Part shown: one piece after another, positions 38,701 to 51,574 of the stretch
How positions within the stretch are numbered: position 1 is the first letter of the stretch
Layout: each line of letters opens with the position of its first letter
Assembly (NCBI GenBank): GCA_002633005.1
Contig: NMRA01000025.1
Coordinates: 1,095,160-1,159,159, forward strand
DNA from: Phoronis australis
Lineage: Eukaryota > Animalia > Phoronida
Direction: 5' to 3'
Length of the DNA: 64,000 bases
Program-made: the position numbers and the translations under genes
Notes under the pieces: model-generated
Databases searched by the model: none
Seen by the model: only the letters and a program-made list of their open reading frames with translations
What the model was told of the DNA's origin: nothing

Positions 38701-41079
38701 CATTTAATTTCTGACGTCAATGGCAGCCATCTAATGCCGGGCCAATGTATGGCTAATTTGGACACGATCTGCTGATTGTTCTTATACCGTGTCGTAGAAG
38801 CATCCTATTTCATGTCATTTGAATGTGACTGTTACTCCTGCTCTGACAATGTGTAAACCTCAATCAAATGGTGGCCAGGATGTACTGCGTAGCACTTGAT
38901 ATATCATATTAGTTGATAAAAAATATTGTACAAGAATCTTGAAAATTATCTTATGTAATTGGTGTTGTTTTTTGTTTGGAGTCAACTAAAGCACCATGCA
39001 ATATGTTCAATTCTTTTCAGAAGACGAAATTGCTGTAAAATGCTGCTCAAGTTGGGCGACACCTTTGTAGAGTTTCCTAGACACAAGAATTTTGCTGAGA
39101 AAACTAGTGCTGTCTCTGGTGGTTGTAATTCATGGCAATATAGTGCGAAGGCTTGCATGTGCTTATGTGTTTGTGAGATTCTCACCTCTATGGAAGGCTC
39201 CTGTTTGAGCTAACAATGAGTTAAAACTTTTTTGTTTATTTTTGATAAATGGCAATCTTCCTTTTCTATCGTAGCTATGCCAATTTAAAGACTCTTTGCA
39301 CATACTTGGTGTTTACACTGGATTGGTACAGAGAACACTTGCTTCCTATCCTTCTGGTTACTGTTACTCACACAGTCATGCCTTCTTTGTTCAAACTGAG
39401 ACTGTCTTCATTCATAAATATGTTAGCAGGTCAATTGACATTGGTGTCCTGTTGAGTTTTGTTCATAAAATGAAACCAGGAAATGAAAGCACTTTATCTG
39501 AGGTAATGTCAGTGACATGCGCTTGAGAAGAATCGTGACCACCTCTTGAAACAATTTATTCTTTTGCAACTCATGACAAGCTACCCTCATTTTCTGCGAT
39601 TGTGGAAATGGAGGGAATTCTCAGGAAGTGATGTCTTTCACTTGGTAATAGAGACCATAATTCTAATGTTTTTAATTACCAAAAAGTTAAGAATGTATTC
39701 GTATAAATCTGTGATTGTGGCCACAGATCCAATGATGACATCTCAAGTAGTTCACTTTTCATGAAGGTGGTTTCGCTCTTTTTCCAGCTTTGAGAAAGAA
39801 TAAAAATGGTACGCAGCTTGTTATGGGTGAAATGCATCAGTGACGTAATTATATGTAAGAAGTAGGTCAATTCCCATGCCCTTTTTGTTAATTACTAATT
39901 TCCAAAGTGGAAGAGAATGAAATTTTACGTTCGCATAAAAGGATTTAGCTGTCTTTCAAAACAAAAAAATCAGGTTCAGTTCATAGTCTACATGAAATTG
40001 GTAAGTGGTTGTAGCCACTGTGAGAGCTGCATGGCAAAACAAGTTTTAAACAGCCAACCTGTGTTGTACAACTTCTGCATTAATATTTACTAGTTCTGTT
40101 GCTGTTTAGTTATGAAAATTTCTAATCCATTCATGTTGCCAAAGGCGTGTACTTCTTTCAAGCTAATAGGGTAGAGCATACAAACTGACATACCTTAATG
40201 CCTCAATCAGTTGAAAAAGTAAGCCATCAAAGGCACAGCAGTGATTGCGGACATTGTAAATTAAATCCACCCTTCCTAAAGAAAGATAGTGTATGTGGTT
40301 ACTTAAGTGATAATTTCCTTAAAATTCCACAGCATAGTCTAACCTGTTTAACTACACCTGAGTTACAGGTATGTCTTAAGTAGTAAAATAAGCATGTTAT
40401 GTAAGATTTCCCATGGTAGCACTCTGTTGAGCAATCATGCCAGCATTTCTCTAGTCTCATTATATTAAGTTGTAATCTATCCCTGTATTATGGTGTTGTG
40501 TGTTGTATAGGCTTATGTAAACTAGGAGGCATTCCCTGTTCTGTGAAGGTAAACAATGGCCAAAGTGGACATGTGTGTCCCAACAACTATGCTTCACCCT
40601 GGGCTGTCTATGGCTTCTCCCTCCTACACAGTGTCAACAGGGGAGCCCCATCCCCAGACAAAGTTACTTCTGGCACTCTCTATGGCTTCTTCCTCTTACC
40701 TCGAGTTCTGTCACCCCCGAAGTCCAATTCTTGATCCTTGCATTTTATTCATTACTTGTCATTACTCGTTCATATTTTGGAGTGTATTTTACGTGCCCAT
40801 GTTTATGTATTTGGACGCTTTGTATGGGGGGGGGGGTATATTTTGTATATTTTGCTGTCATCTTAGTCTGAGTGTCTGCCATCCTCCCTCATATATACCC
40901 AAACCAGTGGAAGGGTCTTCATAATATTTGGTAGTCTTAATTCTGTTAACTAGAGGATGTGCACTGCTGTAGGTTGAAGGATTTGGACCGCTGCTATGCC
41001 CCCTAATTAGTGCTAATTGTAGTTCTTTGCATTTGTTTTTATATTTACTAAGTCCATTCATGGTTCTTTACAAAACTTG

Positions 41080-41510
41080 ACAGATATGTTTATATCAAGC
41101 AAGGGATGTCACCTGACAAAGTTTGAGCTGCTCTGTCATGTTGTACACCCATTAGTGGCAGTTTCAATATTTTGTATCTACATCTGCCTATTGGTTTTGG
41201 AGGGCTGGATGGAGAGCATGACTGATGTCCTTCAGATGGATCCGATTATTGATGTGCCCCTAGTGGCAGTTTTATTTATGTGCCTGCTTAGTTTTGTGAA
41301 GGATTGTCGTTAAATATGACAGATATGTTTCTGAGACAAGCATGGATGAGCTGGACTATTGCTATGCACTCTAGAGGCAGCTTCACCTGCTTTGATATCT
41401 ATAAAGTTTGTCGAATTATGTGAAATTTGACAGGTATGTTTCTTATCTGAAGAGCTGTGATGCTGTTGATTTTCAGACGAATCCAACCTTTGACCCCTAG
41501 TGACAGTTTC
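41080..41510. repeat. Diverged relative of the subunit repeat family
   Basis: Recurring TGACAGATATGTTT and (C)TAGTGGCAG-like motifs ending about 41158, 41266, 41377 and 41503. Confidence 0.55.
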
Positions 41511-41867
41511 ATGTATTCCTCTGTTGGAAATTTTGAAACTATCATTTGAATTTTTTTTAGTTAAAAATGTGAGTTACCAACTTATTTTTGTCGATTCTAA
41601 CTATTGCTGCTACACCTTGTGGCCAATTTGGTGAAGTTGTCTCATGAAGCTGATAAGCAATGGGAATAGCCAAAGATGAAGTAAATAAATTTACCTGAAT
41701 GGCAATTGTCTGTAGGCATGCATTCGAGATCAATCGGATTGTGTTTTTTGCTCTCAAGTGGAAAATTAGGAGTATCTTGCATGCTTGGTGACATCAAATT
41801 TCTCATTCTTAAGCAACTAATATCCTACAAACTAGCTCACCTTCGGAAGTAGGGGAACATGATTGGC

Positions 41868-43090
41868 CAGGGACTCATCTAGCGGCCGTCCTTGGGACGG
41901 CTCTTTTAAAAAAATGACGGCTTTGGACGGCACAGCCAAGACGGAAAAAAACAGCCTGTTCCAAAACAACCTCGGCGAAAATGAAGGCTAAACGAAGAAT
42001 TTTAACATTTATTATTAATAAATTTTATTGAAACCTACAATTCATTGTTTAAGTTCGCTAAATAATAAGAAATAACTCGACATTAGAAACTTTTGCCGTC
42101 TATTTCTACTATAAATGTCACAATGACGATCGGCAAATTCTGGAAGCCATCTTTGGGGAATACCTTCCTATTCTGTGACGTCATGGTGACTTCATACGGA
42201 ATCCCCCGCATGATTATTGTCGAGAAATATTGCATCCAGCGCTAACTACCCGTACATGGACACTTAATCTTTGAAATTGAAGAACCCACACCCGAAGTTC
42301 AAAGGATTTGCCGTACCCCTAATGCTAGTTGCCGACGCGGAAGTTGAAGTGGCACTCGATATATTCGACGGAGCAGCCAATTTGAAATAGCCGAGAACGT
42401 ACACTTCGAAAAAAATGATAACCGCCAAAATTCTAGCACTGACCTGCCGTACAAATGCCATCAGTGACGTTGAACATGCAAACCAGATAAAACTTAGCGC
42501 AAACTTCGTTCGCATAGTTCCGTTGCAACTCGAACGAATGAATGAAAAAATATCAAAAAATCCACATGGCTGAACGACTTATATTGATGCGCGAGAATGC
42601 AGTGCAAACTTTACGAGAAAAAAATGTGGTGTGTAATGTTGGTTACGTATTCAATGACTAACTTAGCATGAAAATAAATACCTCGAAATACTTCAACTTG
42701 TTGTGGAGTTCCATGATTATTGGGCGATTCGAGTTTATCCTCTGTGTGTAGCACTGCGTGCCGTATATGGAAAAAAGTAGCTCAGCCAGTCACATGCACA
42801 GCACCTGTTACTTCGGCTGTGAACCAGGCCAGGGGATTTGACTCTTAAACTACGAGAAAAGAATGGTTCTTTTTAAGAATAAATTTCTTGTAGCGCACTT
42901 TGAAAGACTGTGATTGACTTTCGACCTGGTAAGTTTCAATTCAATAAAGCACTGCGGAAGACGTAACAACTACGATGTCCCCGGCGACCACTGGCGACGC
43001 TCATAGCCAAACGACGTGAAATTTACGAGTAAAGCGCTCGGAAAAACGTTTAAGAAATGTAAAAATACGAATGCACCTCCCCCCCACCTC
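41868..43090 (+). mobile_element. Probable decayed DNA transposon fragment (hAT-like left end)
   Basis: Abrupt CpG-rich block starting CAGGGACTCATCTAG with repeated GACGGC subterminal motifs; weak WL...MQCKL remnant near 42570. Right end and TSD not identified. Confidence 0.35.
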
Positions 43091-45753
43091 CCCCGCTTCT
43101 ATCTTCAGTTAGTTCATTTCCCATTGTATTTTGAGTGGGTGCTCTGATGTGGCATGGTAACTTCATGTCGACCTGGAGTATTTTTAGGTTGCCAAGCAAA
43201 ATCTGATGTGTTGGCAACCTTCAGGCTGCCAAATTGAGCCCTGCAATATTTTGATGTTCTCCTTATCAGTGATTTTGATACACGGTTTGTGTTTAGTGAA
43301 GGTTGAAGGCTATGAGTTTTGCTGTTCTTGTATCCCCAGTGGCAGTGTTTGAATAGGAGAGTCGACATTCACTAGTTAGTGCCTATGAAGTATGGGTCTA
43401 CTTTGGAATACCGTAATAAACTGAGAACAGAAAGCTGCATGGGGGCATTCGTGTGATGAAAGTCCCGTGTGCAGACTATCTCTAATGTATGCATTTATAT
43501 GGACAGGACTGCTATGACACTAGCGCCGCCTGGTGAACATCGAGACGCATTATATTAGTTTAAGTGGAACAAGAACAAATGCTAGGTAAAATATCACTGT
43601 GATGACGCAATATGGCTGACAAGTGAAATTTTGCTTTTCTTTAATTTTTTCACATGAATCTGAAGTAGCTCTAAATAAATGATGTTCTGCTACATGAGAT
43701 CTGTGTCAGAGCTATCATCAGACTATGTTTCTGAAAAATTGTGTCCATTGGGAACAATGTTAGAAGCCTTTGAAAAAAGACCGAATTATCATTTTGCATC
43801 GAACAGGAAATTTCACAGTATGTTAGTTCATACACGCCGTGCCAAATAAATTTTGTTGTTTTTCCTGAGAAACTAGACCTAATGAATCGGCAGACTAATA
43901 GAATATTAGTGTTGCTGGGTGTCAATGGTCTAGTCCTTGTAGAAGAAGCTTCAGTGTCTGAACCACCCTTTGTAGCTTAATATTAATGGGTTCTTACTGG
44001 TGTACCAGTTTAAACTAGCATTTATAGGTGTTTTAACAGGGCAAGGATTAAATCCCACCAATAAACATTCAGGGTAGTTGGATATTTCTTTGACTTCAGT
44101 CCTCTGTACTTCACTGTTGTTCTAACATCAGCACTTGACTCAGTTCATTGAGTAACTCACATACCTACAAAGCCCTGTGTTTGTGGAATTTCATCAATTT
44201 TGTGATGTATAAGCTCAGTTGACAACAGGGCCTTTGATTTGGTTTGACTTTGTTTTCTGTCTAAACAAGCACTTGTTATAGTATTGACTTGATTCACTGG
44301 CTATTGTCAACCTTGTTGTTGTGTTTTTGTCACTGTATGGTCTAGGCTTGTCCTAGTCCAGTTACCTTTGCCACACACATACACATGTCTATTTTGTTAT
44401 GTGCATTAGGTAATGAAACAAACATCACATGAAATGCGGAAGACAGTAAACATTATTTTTGTGAGTCTAGCTGGAGAATGCCTCTGATTTCACACTGTCA
44501 AAATATCAAGGCTGTCTAGAGCTCAATACCTGGTCATCTCAAGTTACAAAATCAAATTCATTTTACCATTTGTACACTTACCAAGTGTTAAATGTACTTG
44601 TAAAGATAATTTTCCTCGTTTTTGTTCAGATATTTCTCAGTAGAAATTTTCATGACTGGTCTGTCATTGCATGTATTTCTCTTTGAAAAGTTGCTCCATT
44701 ATTATTTTTGATATCAATATTGACATTATTTTTATTATTATTGATATTTTTGTTTATTTTACATAATAAGCACATGTGAGTGTTCCCAAATTGTCACATA
44801 AAAAATAGCGTTTTTGCGATGCATCAACGATACTTTGCGATTACTTCGATGACAACAGTGTCACCTACCGTTTACTTCGATGTCTGTTAACAACAGAAGC
44901 TGGTGTGAATGGTTCAGTTAACTTCACAGTCTCCGTTGACGCTCAGACCAGAGTTAAAGTCAATATGAAAAGGCCTTCAAATTGTGCTGGCCAGACTTAC
45001 CAGTGTTTGTGATATTGATATTGTTGATATTAATTTAGATATCCATCTGGTGGTGTTTCTAAGTTCCAGGATTCATAGAATAACTACAGTGCCTTTACAA
45101 CTCTCAAAGATGTCTCCACAGCATTGTCTGGTGTCGCACAATCTGCGGGTGACTTGCATATTTGCCTCTACTCTGCAGCATATCCGCCAGCTTGTTCCTA
45201 CATTCAGTGTAGGTCTTTTCTCGCAGGCATGCCTCAGCATTTTTCCCGCATCAGTTGATTTGTTTTTTTTTTCCAATGAAGTCACTTGCACGATGATTTC
45301 AGCTAAATAGACTGGTGTTGTCGGAAATCTGCTGAGAACAATGAATCGGGCCCATGAATATGTGGGTAGTTATCCTGGTTGTTTTAGGATTGAGTCTCAT
45401 TGCCTGAGAATGAAGTAGATCGAAAATGTGGTCACCTTTGGCGATGGGTATTCCATGAAGTCATACTAAAACAACAGTGGCAAAGTGTTTTCTGCAAAGC
45501 AGTAAAAACCTGGTGAAAATTGTCAATTGTTATTTTCTTCACTATGGGAGTGAAGTGGATTACCCCCCCCCCCCTTTCCCCCCCGCATTGAACCTTTAAT
45601 TTCTGTATAAAATTTAATTTTTAGCACAGTCCCAGAAATCACTTTCTCATTATATCCAGGTTCTCATTCACTGCCTTGCATACACTCACTAGTAAAACTG
45701 AGCTCAGAGGAGTAGGACCGTACGAGACACTTTTGTGCAGTGCTCGAATGTCT

Positions 45754-45826
45754 ACCAGTAAGGCCAGGATTCAAACCCGGGCCTCCCAAACGGGAATTCG
45801 GGCTCAAACCACTGAGCTACACTGTC
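45754..45826 (-). pseudogene. tRNA-like sequence (tRNA pseudogene or SINE head)
   Basis: The minus strand reads GACAGTG TA GCTC AGTGGTTT GAGC CCGAA TTCCCGT TTGGG AGGC CCGGG TTTGAAT CCTGG: D and T arms pair and A/B boxes are present, but the acceptor and anticodon stems are imperfect. Confidence 0.55.
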
Positions 45827-46553
45827 TCCTTAAAGAATACCCTCAATCTCCAATATTGGCCCTGAGATCCTTGAGTGATATGTTACCTAGAGGATCACAA
45901 CTTCAAAAGAGGCGAGAGAAAGACTTAAAAAAAACCATTATGCCTCCACCGCTTTACTGGTCATCTCTGTAAGTAGGGTCCCGTTCTCCCCAAATCCAGT
46001 TGTGTTTTGTAGAATCAACTTGATTCCTTTCCGTCTGAGTGTCAGTTCCTTGGTCCTTTTGGTCATAAGGGATGTGACTGACCTGAACTGTTTGTTCTAC
46101 CTGACTGAACATCAGGTGTTTAGAAGACAATTCCCAAGTATGCTGTCAATTCCTGACCATTGTGCTATCCCACACATTCTGCCTAGCTAACCTGTCTGTT
46201 CTCCCACGCATGTTTAGGGTAGAACTCTTGTTTGTTTGTTCAATCTATTAGTCTATTATTTCATCCAATGTTTTTTCTTAACACTTACCATTAGCTGTTG
46301 TGCTATGCAAACATATAAGAAAATAAACACTACATTGCAAGACAGGTTTCTGGAGTTTTTGTTTAGAGCAATAGAACACATTGTTGTGAATTCTCTCTTA
46401 GGAATGTATCATGCTTCTTACTAGGGACCATACTTAGAAGTTCATTGGAAGAAAAAAATTTTATTGAAGAATGGTGTGTTTCTGAAATTTTCTATTAAGA
46501 TTTTGTAGGAAAATATGGACTAGTCAGTGCATTTAGTCAAATATCTACAAAGC

Positions 46554-46680
46554 TATAGATTTTAACTGAGTAAATATATATATATATATATATTCTCCAA
46601 ATTGAATACTACATGCCAGTATAGATTTTAACTGAGTAAAAATATATATATTCTTCAAATTGAATTCTACATACTAGCAT
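46554..46680. repeat. Short tandem duplication (about 65 bp x2) containing (TA)n
   Basis: TATAGATTTTAACTGAGTAAA-(TA)n-TTCTYCAAATTGAATWCTACAT occurs twice. Confidence 0.85.
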
Positions 46681-47000
46681 AGAAGATATCTAGGAATGCT
46701 TTTATTTTTTTAGACTTAGTTTCTTATGAATTTGACCTGGTGACACAAGTCAAGGCCCCTCAATGACAAGTGGTAAACCTGTTGCCTGCACAAGTCCCTC
46801 TACCTAACTCAGATGTCTTTTAAGTGACAATGTTAGTGAGCAAGGATGCTACAGATCTTCATGAGATATTACCATTTTAGGAGTGGAGCTGGTGATTCCA
46901 TGCCATAAACTGGCTAATGGGTGTAAGTGTTTTCATTAGCACTTTCGCCTGTAGCGAAAACGCCAATATTGTGAACAGGGTCACTTTTGCTGGAGTTAAC

Positions 47001-47621
47001 CCTAAACTGCCAGACAGCTTATTTCAAAGGAAACACATTGTAGGGGCAAATGACCTTAGTTTATCTTTACTTTGTCTTTATCAGTTTATTGCAGAGAGTG
47101 AAGTTGCCTTACATCAGTTGTCAATCTAAAAGCCATTCAGGATATTGCTGAAACAAACTTAGTGCTGTTGAAAATGACCACTTCTTGGACATCATGTCCG
47201 TTTGGCTGGAACGCAACAGTTCTTAGCACTGAAAAATTGATATTTGCCCACTTGCATGAACAAAATATCGTTCACTGTCTTTGGATCCGAAGTGTATAGC
47301 GTAATAGCGGAGTTGNCCTAAACTGCCAGACAGCTTATTTCAAAAGAAACACATTGTAGGGGCAAATGACCTTAGTTTATCTTTACTTTGTCTTTATCAG
47401 TTTATTGCAGAGAGTGAAGTTGCCTTACATCAGTTGTCAATCTAAAAGCCATTCAGGATATTGCTGAAACAAACTTAGTGCTGTTGAAAATGACCACTTC
47501 TTGGACATCATGTCCGTTTGGCTGGAACGCAACAGTTCTTAGCACTGAAAAATTGATATTTGCCCACTTGCATGAACAAAATATCGTTCACTGTCTTTGG
47601 ATCCAAAGTGTATAGCGTAAT
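47001..47621. repeat. About 305-bp direct duplication across an N gap (probable assembly artefact)
   Basis: 47001-47305 is repeated at 47317-47621 with two substitutions seen; single n at 47316. Confidence 0.85.
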
Positions 47622-49322
47622 TGAGTACACCCACCAGAGAGCTCTCACTTGGTCAGTGGTCATTTGTCCCCTACAGCAATAGTCTGGCAGTGTTACATAA
47701 CAAGGAATGCTGGGTCATTTCAGAGCAGTCTTGACAGAATGTGCTATTACTGCCCTAGAATTACATACATACATTTGACATAATTAATGGCCATAGCTCC
47801 CTGGTTTGAGCCTGATTGCTGTGATACAAAACTCATTTTGTTTGAAGACCATAATAAACTGTTGTGTCAACATACCTGCTTTGGGCCCTTGTACTAAATG
47901 GTCCCTGTGGCCAAGAATGGGGACCAGCTTTCAATTTCCCTTGGCCTTACTGTTCATTCTGCCTTTGGTGATAGAGCTATTGTGACTCGTTTCTGTGGTA
48001 CATTTCACCGATTCAATACAACCTCTGACTTGATGATCACTGTCAGAATTCATTCGATTGGTGAAAGCTGCAATATGATGGGCCAACTACTACATATAAC
48101 TTAATTGTATTGCAGATTGTATTGTATTGGTATGATTGCATTTATTATTTTCCTTTGTTTCATTTTGATGTTGAATGGTCCAAAAGATCGGGCGTAATAT
48201 TGTCGAGTGCTAGTTTTGATCCATTAGGTGATGCTGTGAACTGCTAGGGTTGTATTACACTGTCATATTTAGTGTATTTCAGTTTACTGATAAACTGTGC
48301 TAGTATCCAGCACAATAATTAAATAATAATAAAATTGTATCAGGAAATTTTAATTTGAGGATCTCGCCCTGTTAGTTACTTACATAACGAAATGTAGCAT
48401 ATTCTTGTGTAATGCATTATATAACATGTATCCCATTGCCCTGATCTCTTGTGCCCTCACCTCCAGCCAGTTACATGACTGTTTGGTGTTGTACATTTTC
48501 CCATGGAATCATGAATGGAAGTCACTGAGGGTCAGCAGGAAGTTTGAGATCCAATTAGAGCTGGTAGTAAGCATTTAAACCAGCAGGGCACTGTGGGTGT
48601 AATCCTGTTATGGACTTATCCGCCAAGCATGTTGTGGGGAGCATAGTACTGTCCACTTTTACTTGCATGTCTGCAGGTTAATGAATGCAAGGATGTCCTT
48701 GAAGTCTGTCATTTAATCAAAATTAGCCCGTGGTGTCTCGAATATTGTTTTTCCTTCTTTGCGGCTTTCCTTTGACAAAATATGAGTTTGTTTACAGTGA
48801 AACAAACTGTAATTTTCTTGCTCACATGGTGGCCATCTGTAGTTGAGTAGAACTTGTGTTCTTAGTTGGTTCTGAGCATCTAACCCTTAAGCTTTTGTCA
48901 ATTGAAACCAATTGTGCTATTAAGCTTAACCACACCCAGTATTTCCCACTGTTACAGTAGCCAAGTCAGACACCTTCATGATAACCACATGACTGGGTGT
49001 AAAAAGATACTTGGACACCACCAAGTCCAACCATCCTCCATATAATTCAGTTAACAGAACCACAGTTTGTTAATTTAATTCACATGCCAAAATAAACGTA
49101 GTTTTAAGCTTCAGCAGGGAGGTATTGTCTCAAAAAATAGGGATAATTGGAAAACCCAAACACAATACTAACTAAATTAAATGTGTTTTAGGTCAGACAC
49201 GGCTTTGAAATTTTTTAGTAAATTACTGTACTGGCGTGACCTTATAGAAGTTGGGCTTCTGCACTGGTCCAATTGGAAAATTTCTGATTTTTGCCTTTTA
49301 ATATTAATAAGATATGGTATGC

Positions 49323-50193
49323 TTATGACTTGTTGAGGTTATTCTTCACCTATTTAGCATACACTGTGACTGACAAGTGACATTTTATTTTGCTCATTTT
49401 CTCCATAAAAATAAAAGAGGAAGCAAATCTTAATCCATTGATAGCAATATTTATACGATGTGAACGTCATAGAACAGCATTTAGCAAGGTTTCCATTGTT
49501 TGTATTAAAGTAACCCACCTTTGAAGAACAGGAAAGTGAAGTTTTGACAATTGTTTTTGATTATATATGTGGGTGCTTTTTGCTGTTATTTTGATCTGTC
49601 TATCTACGTAGGTTCTGACTATTCAACCTTTCGAAATCCACCTCTACTGACCAATCTCCTGCGAATTAACTTCATGAAATTAGCAAACGCCTTGCCAAAT
49701 GTGTTTATCAAGATCGGAACTGGCCAGGGCTGCATTTTCTATTAACACAAGGTGTCTNTTATGACTTGTTGAGGTTATTCTTCACCTATTTAGCATACAC
49801 TGTGACTGACAAGTGACATTTTATTTTGCTCATTTTCTCCATAAAAATAAAAGAGGAAGCAAATCTTAATCCATTGATAGCAATATTTATACGATGTGAA
49901 CGTCATAGAACAGCATTTAGCAAGGTTTCCATTGTTTGTATTAAAGTAACCCACCTTTGAAGAACGGGAAAGTGAAGTTTTGACAATTGTTTTTGATTAT
50001 ATATGTGGGTGCTTTTTGCTGTTATTTTGATCTGTCTATCTACGTAGGTTCTGACTATTCAACCTTTCGAAATCCACCTCTACTGACCAATCTCCTGCAA
50101 ATTAACTTCATGAAATTAGCAAACGCCTTGCCAAATGTGTTTATCAAGATCGGAACTGGCCAGGGCTGCATTTTCTATTAACACAAGGTGTCT
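49323..50193. repeat. 435-bp direct duplication across an N gap (probable assembly artefact)
   Basis: 49323-49757 is repeated at 49759-50193 with two substitutions seen; single n at 49758; produces the twin 64-aa ORFs. Confidence 0.9.
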
Positions 50194-51434
50194 TGAATTA
50201 TGTGCAATGCAAACATAAGGAATTTGCCAAAAAAGTGGGGAGATAACAAAGCTTGGCATGCTGCTTCTGTTGAACAGGTAGTAGTCACACAAATGTTTCT
50301 TTCATTGCTGTTCTGTTGTTGCCTGTAACTTCATTAAAGGCATAAACTCCTGTGAGACCATCTATTTACTGCATTATACATAACCAGCTTTCTTTCTGCT
50401 GTATTGTATGAGGAACTTTTGTGGTCCCCAGATCATTGCTCTGTGTCACCTGTTGGCTGATTCTTAGCTATTGTTCCATCTTTGTGTTATCAACACTGCT
50501 AGCCCACACCTGTTGTCTAGTTCATTTGCATTCCCAGGTTAACCACATCATTACATTCCTTTGTTAAAGACAACAGTGCCCCCTGCTGGTGGCAAGCTCA
50601 CCACTGCAGTTGTGTCCAGGTTCCCAAGTTCTTTTTTTCCAAGTTTTTGATTGCGTTATATAGACACAGGTCAAGCCAAGGTGAAACCGTTTTTGCATTT
50701 TGGTGTTTGATTTTCTCAAATCATGGTGACTTGACAGGAGCTTGATGAAATAGCTAAATTGCATTTGAATGCACAAAGTACAGTACATCTGGTGGATTTT
50801 TATTAGTAGTGTCTTTGGGCTACCTCTAAGTTCCACATGAATACAGTGGCCTTGCCATAGAAATGTGTGCTGCTTAAATCTTTTCTGAAGCCTCATTTGG
50901 AATTTTGCTGAACATGTGACTAAACTACTTGGAGTGCATGTAGTGATATTCATTAGGAGTGCACTGATATTGATATTCACTTTGTGTGTGCAAACTGATA
51001 TTCACTTGTTGTGGTGCGTTGACTGGTATTCACTTTAGAATGTGTAGACTGATGTTCACTTAGAGTGTGTAGTGGCCGACATTCACTTACAGTGCATAGA
51101 CTATTGCGTAGTGGGTAGACTGATATTCAGATTTAGTTTGAGTAAGTGCTGTGCACTTATTACAGCGCCCTCTGACCTTACAAAGGTGATACCGTTATTG
51201 AGCTGTATCAAGATGATACACCATTTTAACTAACCCAGTTAGGTGACATCCACAATAGTTATCGTTGTCAAGTCCTACTGGCAAAAAAGCAAACATGGCT
51301 TCATCCTCTGCAAGCGCACTATACAACAACAAATATTTTTCGATGTGTTCCTGGTGATATTTCACCGTAACTGTTACCTTGAGCCACAACACCACGAAAG
51401 GCCCTGCATGGCGGAAATTACCCGCCACTCCTAG

Positions 51435-51574
51435 CATTAATCCCAGTGACATATCTACCATTCCAAGTCACAGTTAGTCCCAGCGGTATATCTACCATTC
51501 CAAGGCACTGTTAAGTAATCCCTGCGTTATATCTACCATTCCTAGTCACTGTTATTCCCAGTGGTATATCTACT
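51435..51574. repeat. About 37-bp minisatellite (CCCAGYGGTATATCTACCATTCC...), resuming at 53088-53142
   Basis: Four units precede 51575; the array continues after 53087. Confidence 0.8.

Noticed and set aside
49551-50181. Twin 64-aa ORFs suggesting a duplicated small gene
   Set aside because: Product of the N-flanked duplication; non-ATG start; no recognisable domain.
51435-51574. Regular short repeats superficially CRISPR-like
   Set aside because: The inter-repeat segments are themselves homologous (minisatellite), there are no cas genes, and the DNA is eukaryotic.
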